From a virus (lineage: Duplodnaviria; Caudoviricetes): a stretch of DNA of 63,521 bases. A program made the position numbers and the translations under genes. The notes under the pieces are model-generated. The model searched no databases, was not told the DNA's origin, and saw only the letters and a list, made by a program, of their open reading frames with translations. Positions 63,447 through 63,521 of the stretch are shown one piece after another (the first letter of the stretch is position 1; every line of letters starts with the position of its first letter). The stretch covers positions 1 to 63,521 of the IMG/VR virus record IMGVR_UViG_3300027867_000006. One strand, given 5' to 3'.

Positions 63447-63521
63447 GTGCCGGGTTCCTTCGATTCGGGGGTTGAGATCCGCTGCCAGACGACTACGCCA
63501 TCTTCACGCAGCCCGACTTGT
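63374..63521. repeat. Terminal direct repeat, right copy
   Basis: Matches 1-147 with one extra G. Confidence 0.95.

Noticed and set aside
1-63521. tRNA genes, integrase/repressor module, dZ or 7-deazaguanine pathways
   Set aside because: I recognised no cloverleaf, recombinase, purZ or dpdA/folE/queCDE motifs by eye. tRNAscan-SE and HMM searches are needed to confirm their absence.

Overview
Apparently complete ~63.4 kb dsDNA tailed-phage genome. The last 148 bp repeat the first 147 bp with a single-G indel, so the assembly is circular. The plus strand (~4.2-24.2 kb) carries a nucleotide-metabolism/DNA-modification cluster (NDT-like protein, ThyX, dNMP kinase, MazG-like pyrophosphatase, two thymidylate-synthase-fold proteins, DPPY methyltransferase, dCMP deaminase), a UDG-PolA fusion, a PD-(D/E)XK nuclease, a Sak4-like ATPase, an SSB-like protein, a GIY-YIG endonuclease, early genes and a SNF2 helicase. 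The minus strand carries a primase-helicase, terminases, a Bcep781/PB1-type myovirus head and contractile-tail module, and a lysis cassette. I saw no integrase, RNA polymerase, tRNA or CRISPR array. The three most interesting items are: (1) several fibre/decoration-type proteins carry Sec signal peptides and paired cysteines and sit next to an O-antigen-ligase/O-oligosaccharyltransferase-like gene, a candidate system for periplasmic maturation or glycosylation of virion parts; (2) a basic polyprotein between terS and terL is built from small domains delimited by x-[K/R/M/H]-D motifs that also occur in head proteins, a candidate protease-processed capsid cargo; (3) a probable dCMP-directed base-modification pathway. 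All family assignments come from motif recognition by eye, not from database searches.
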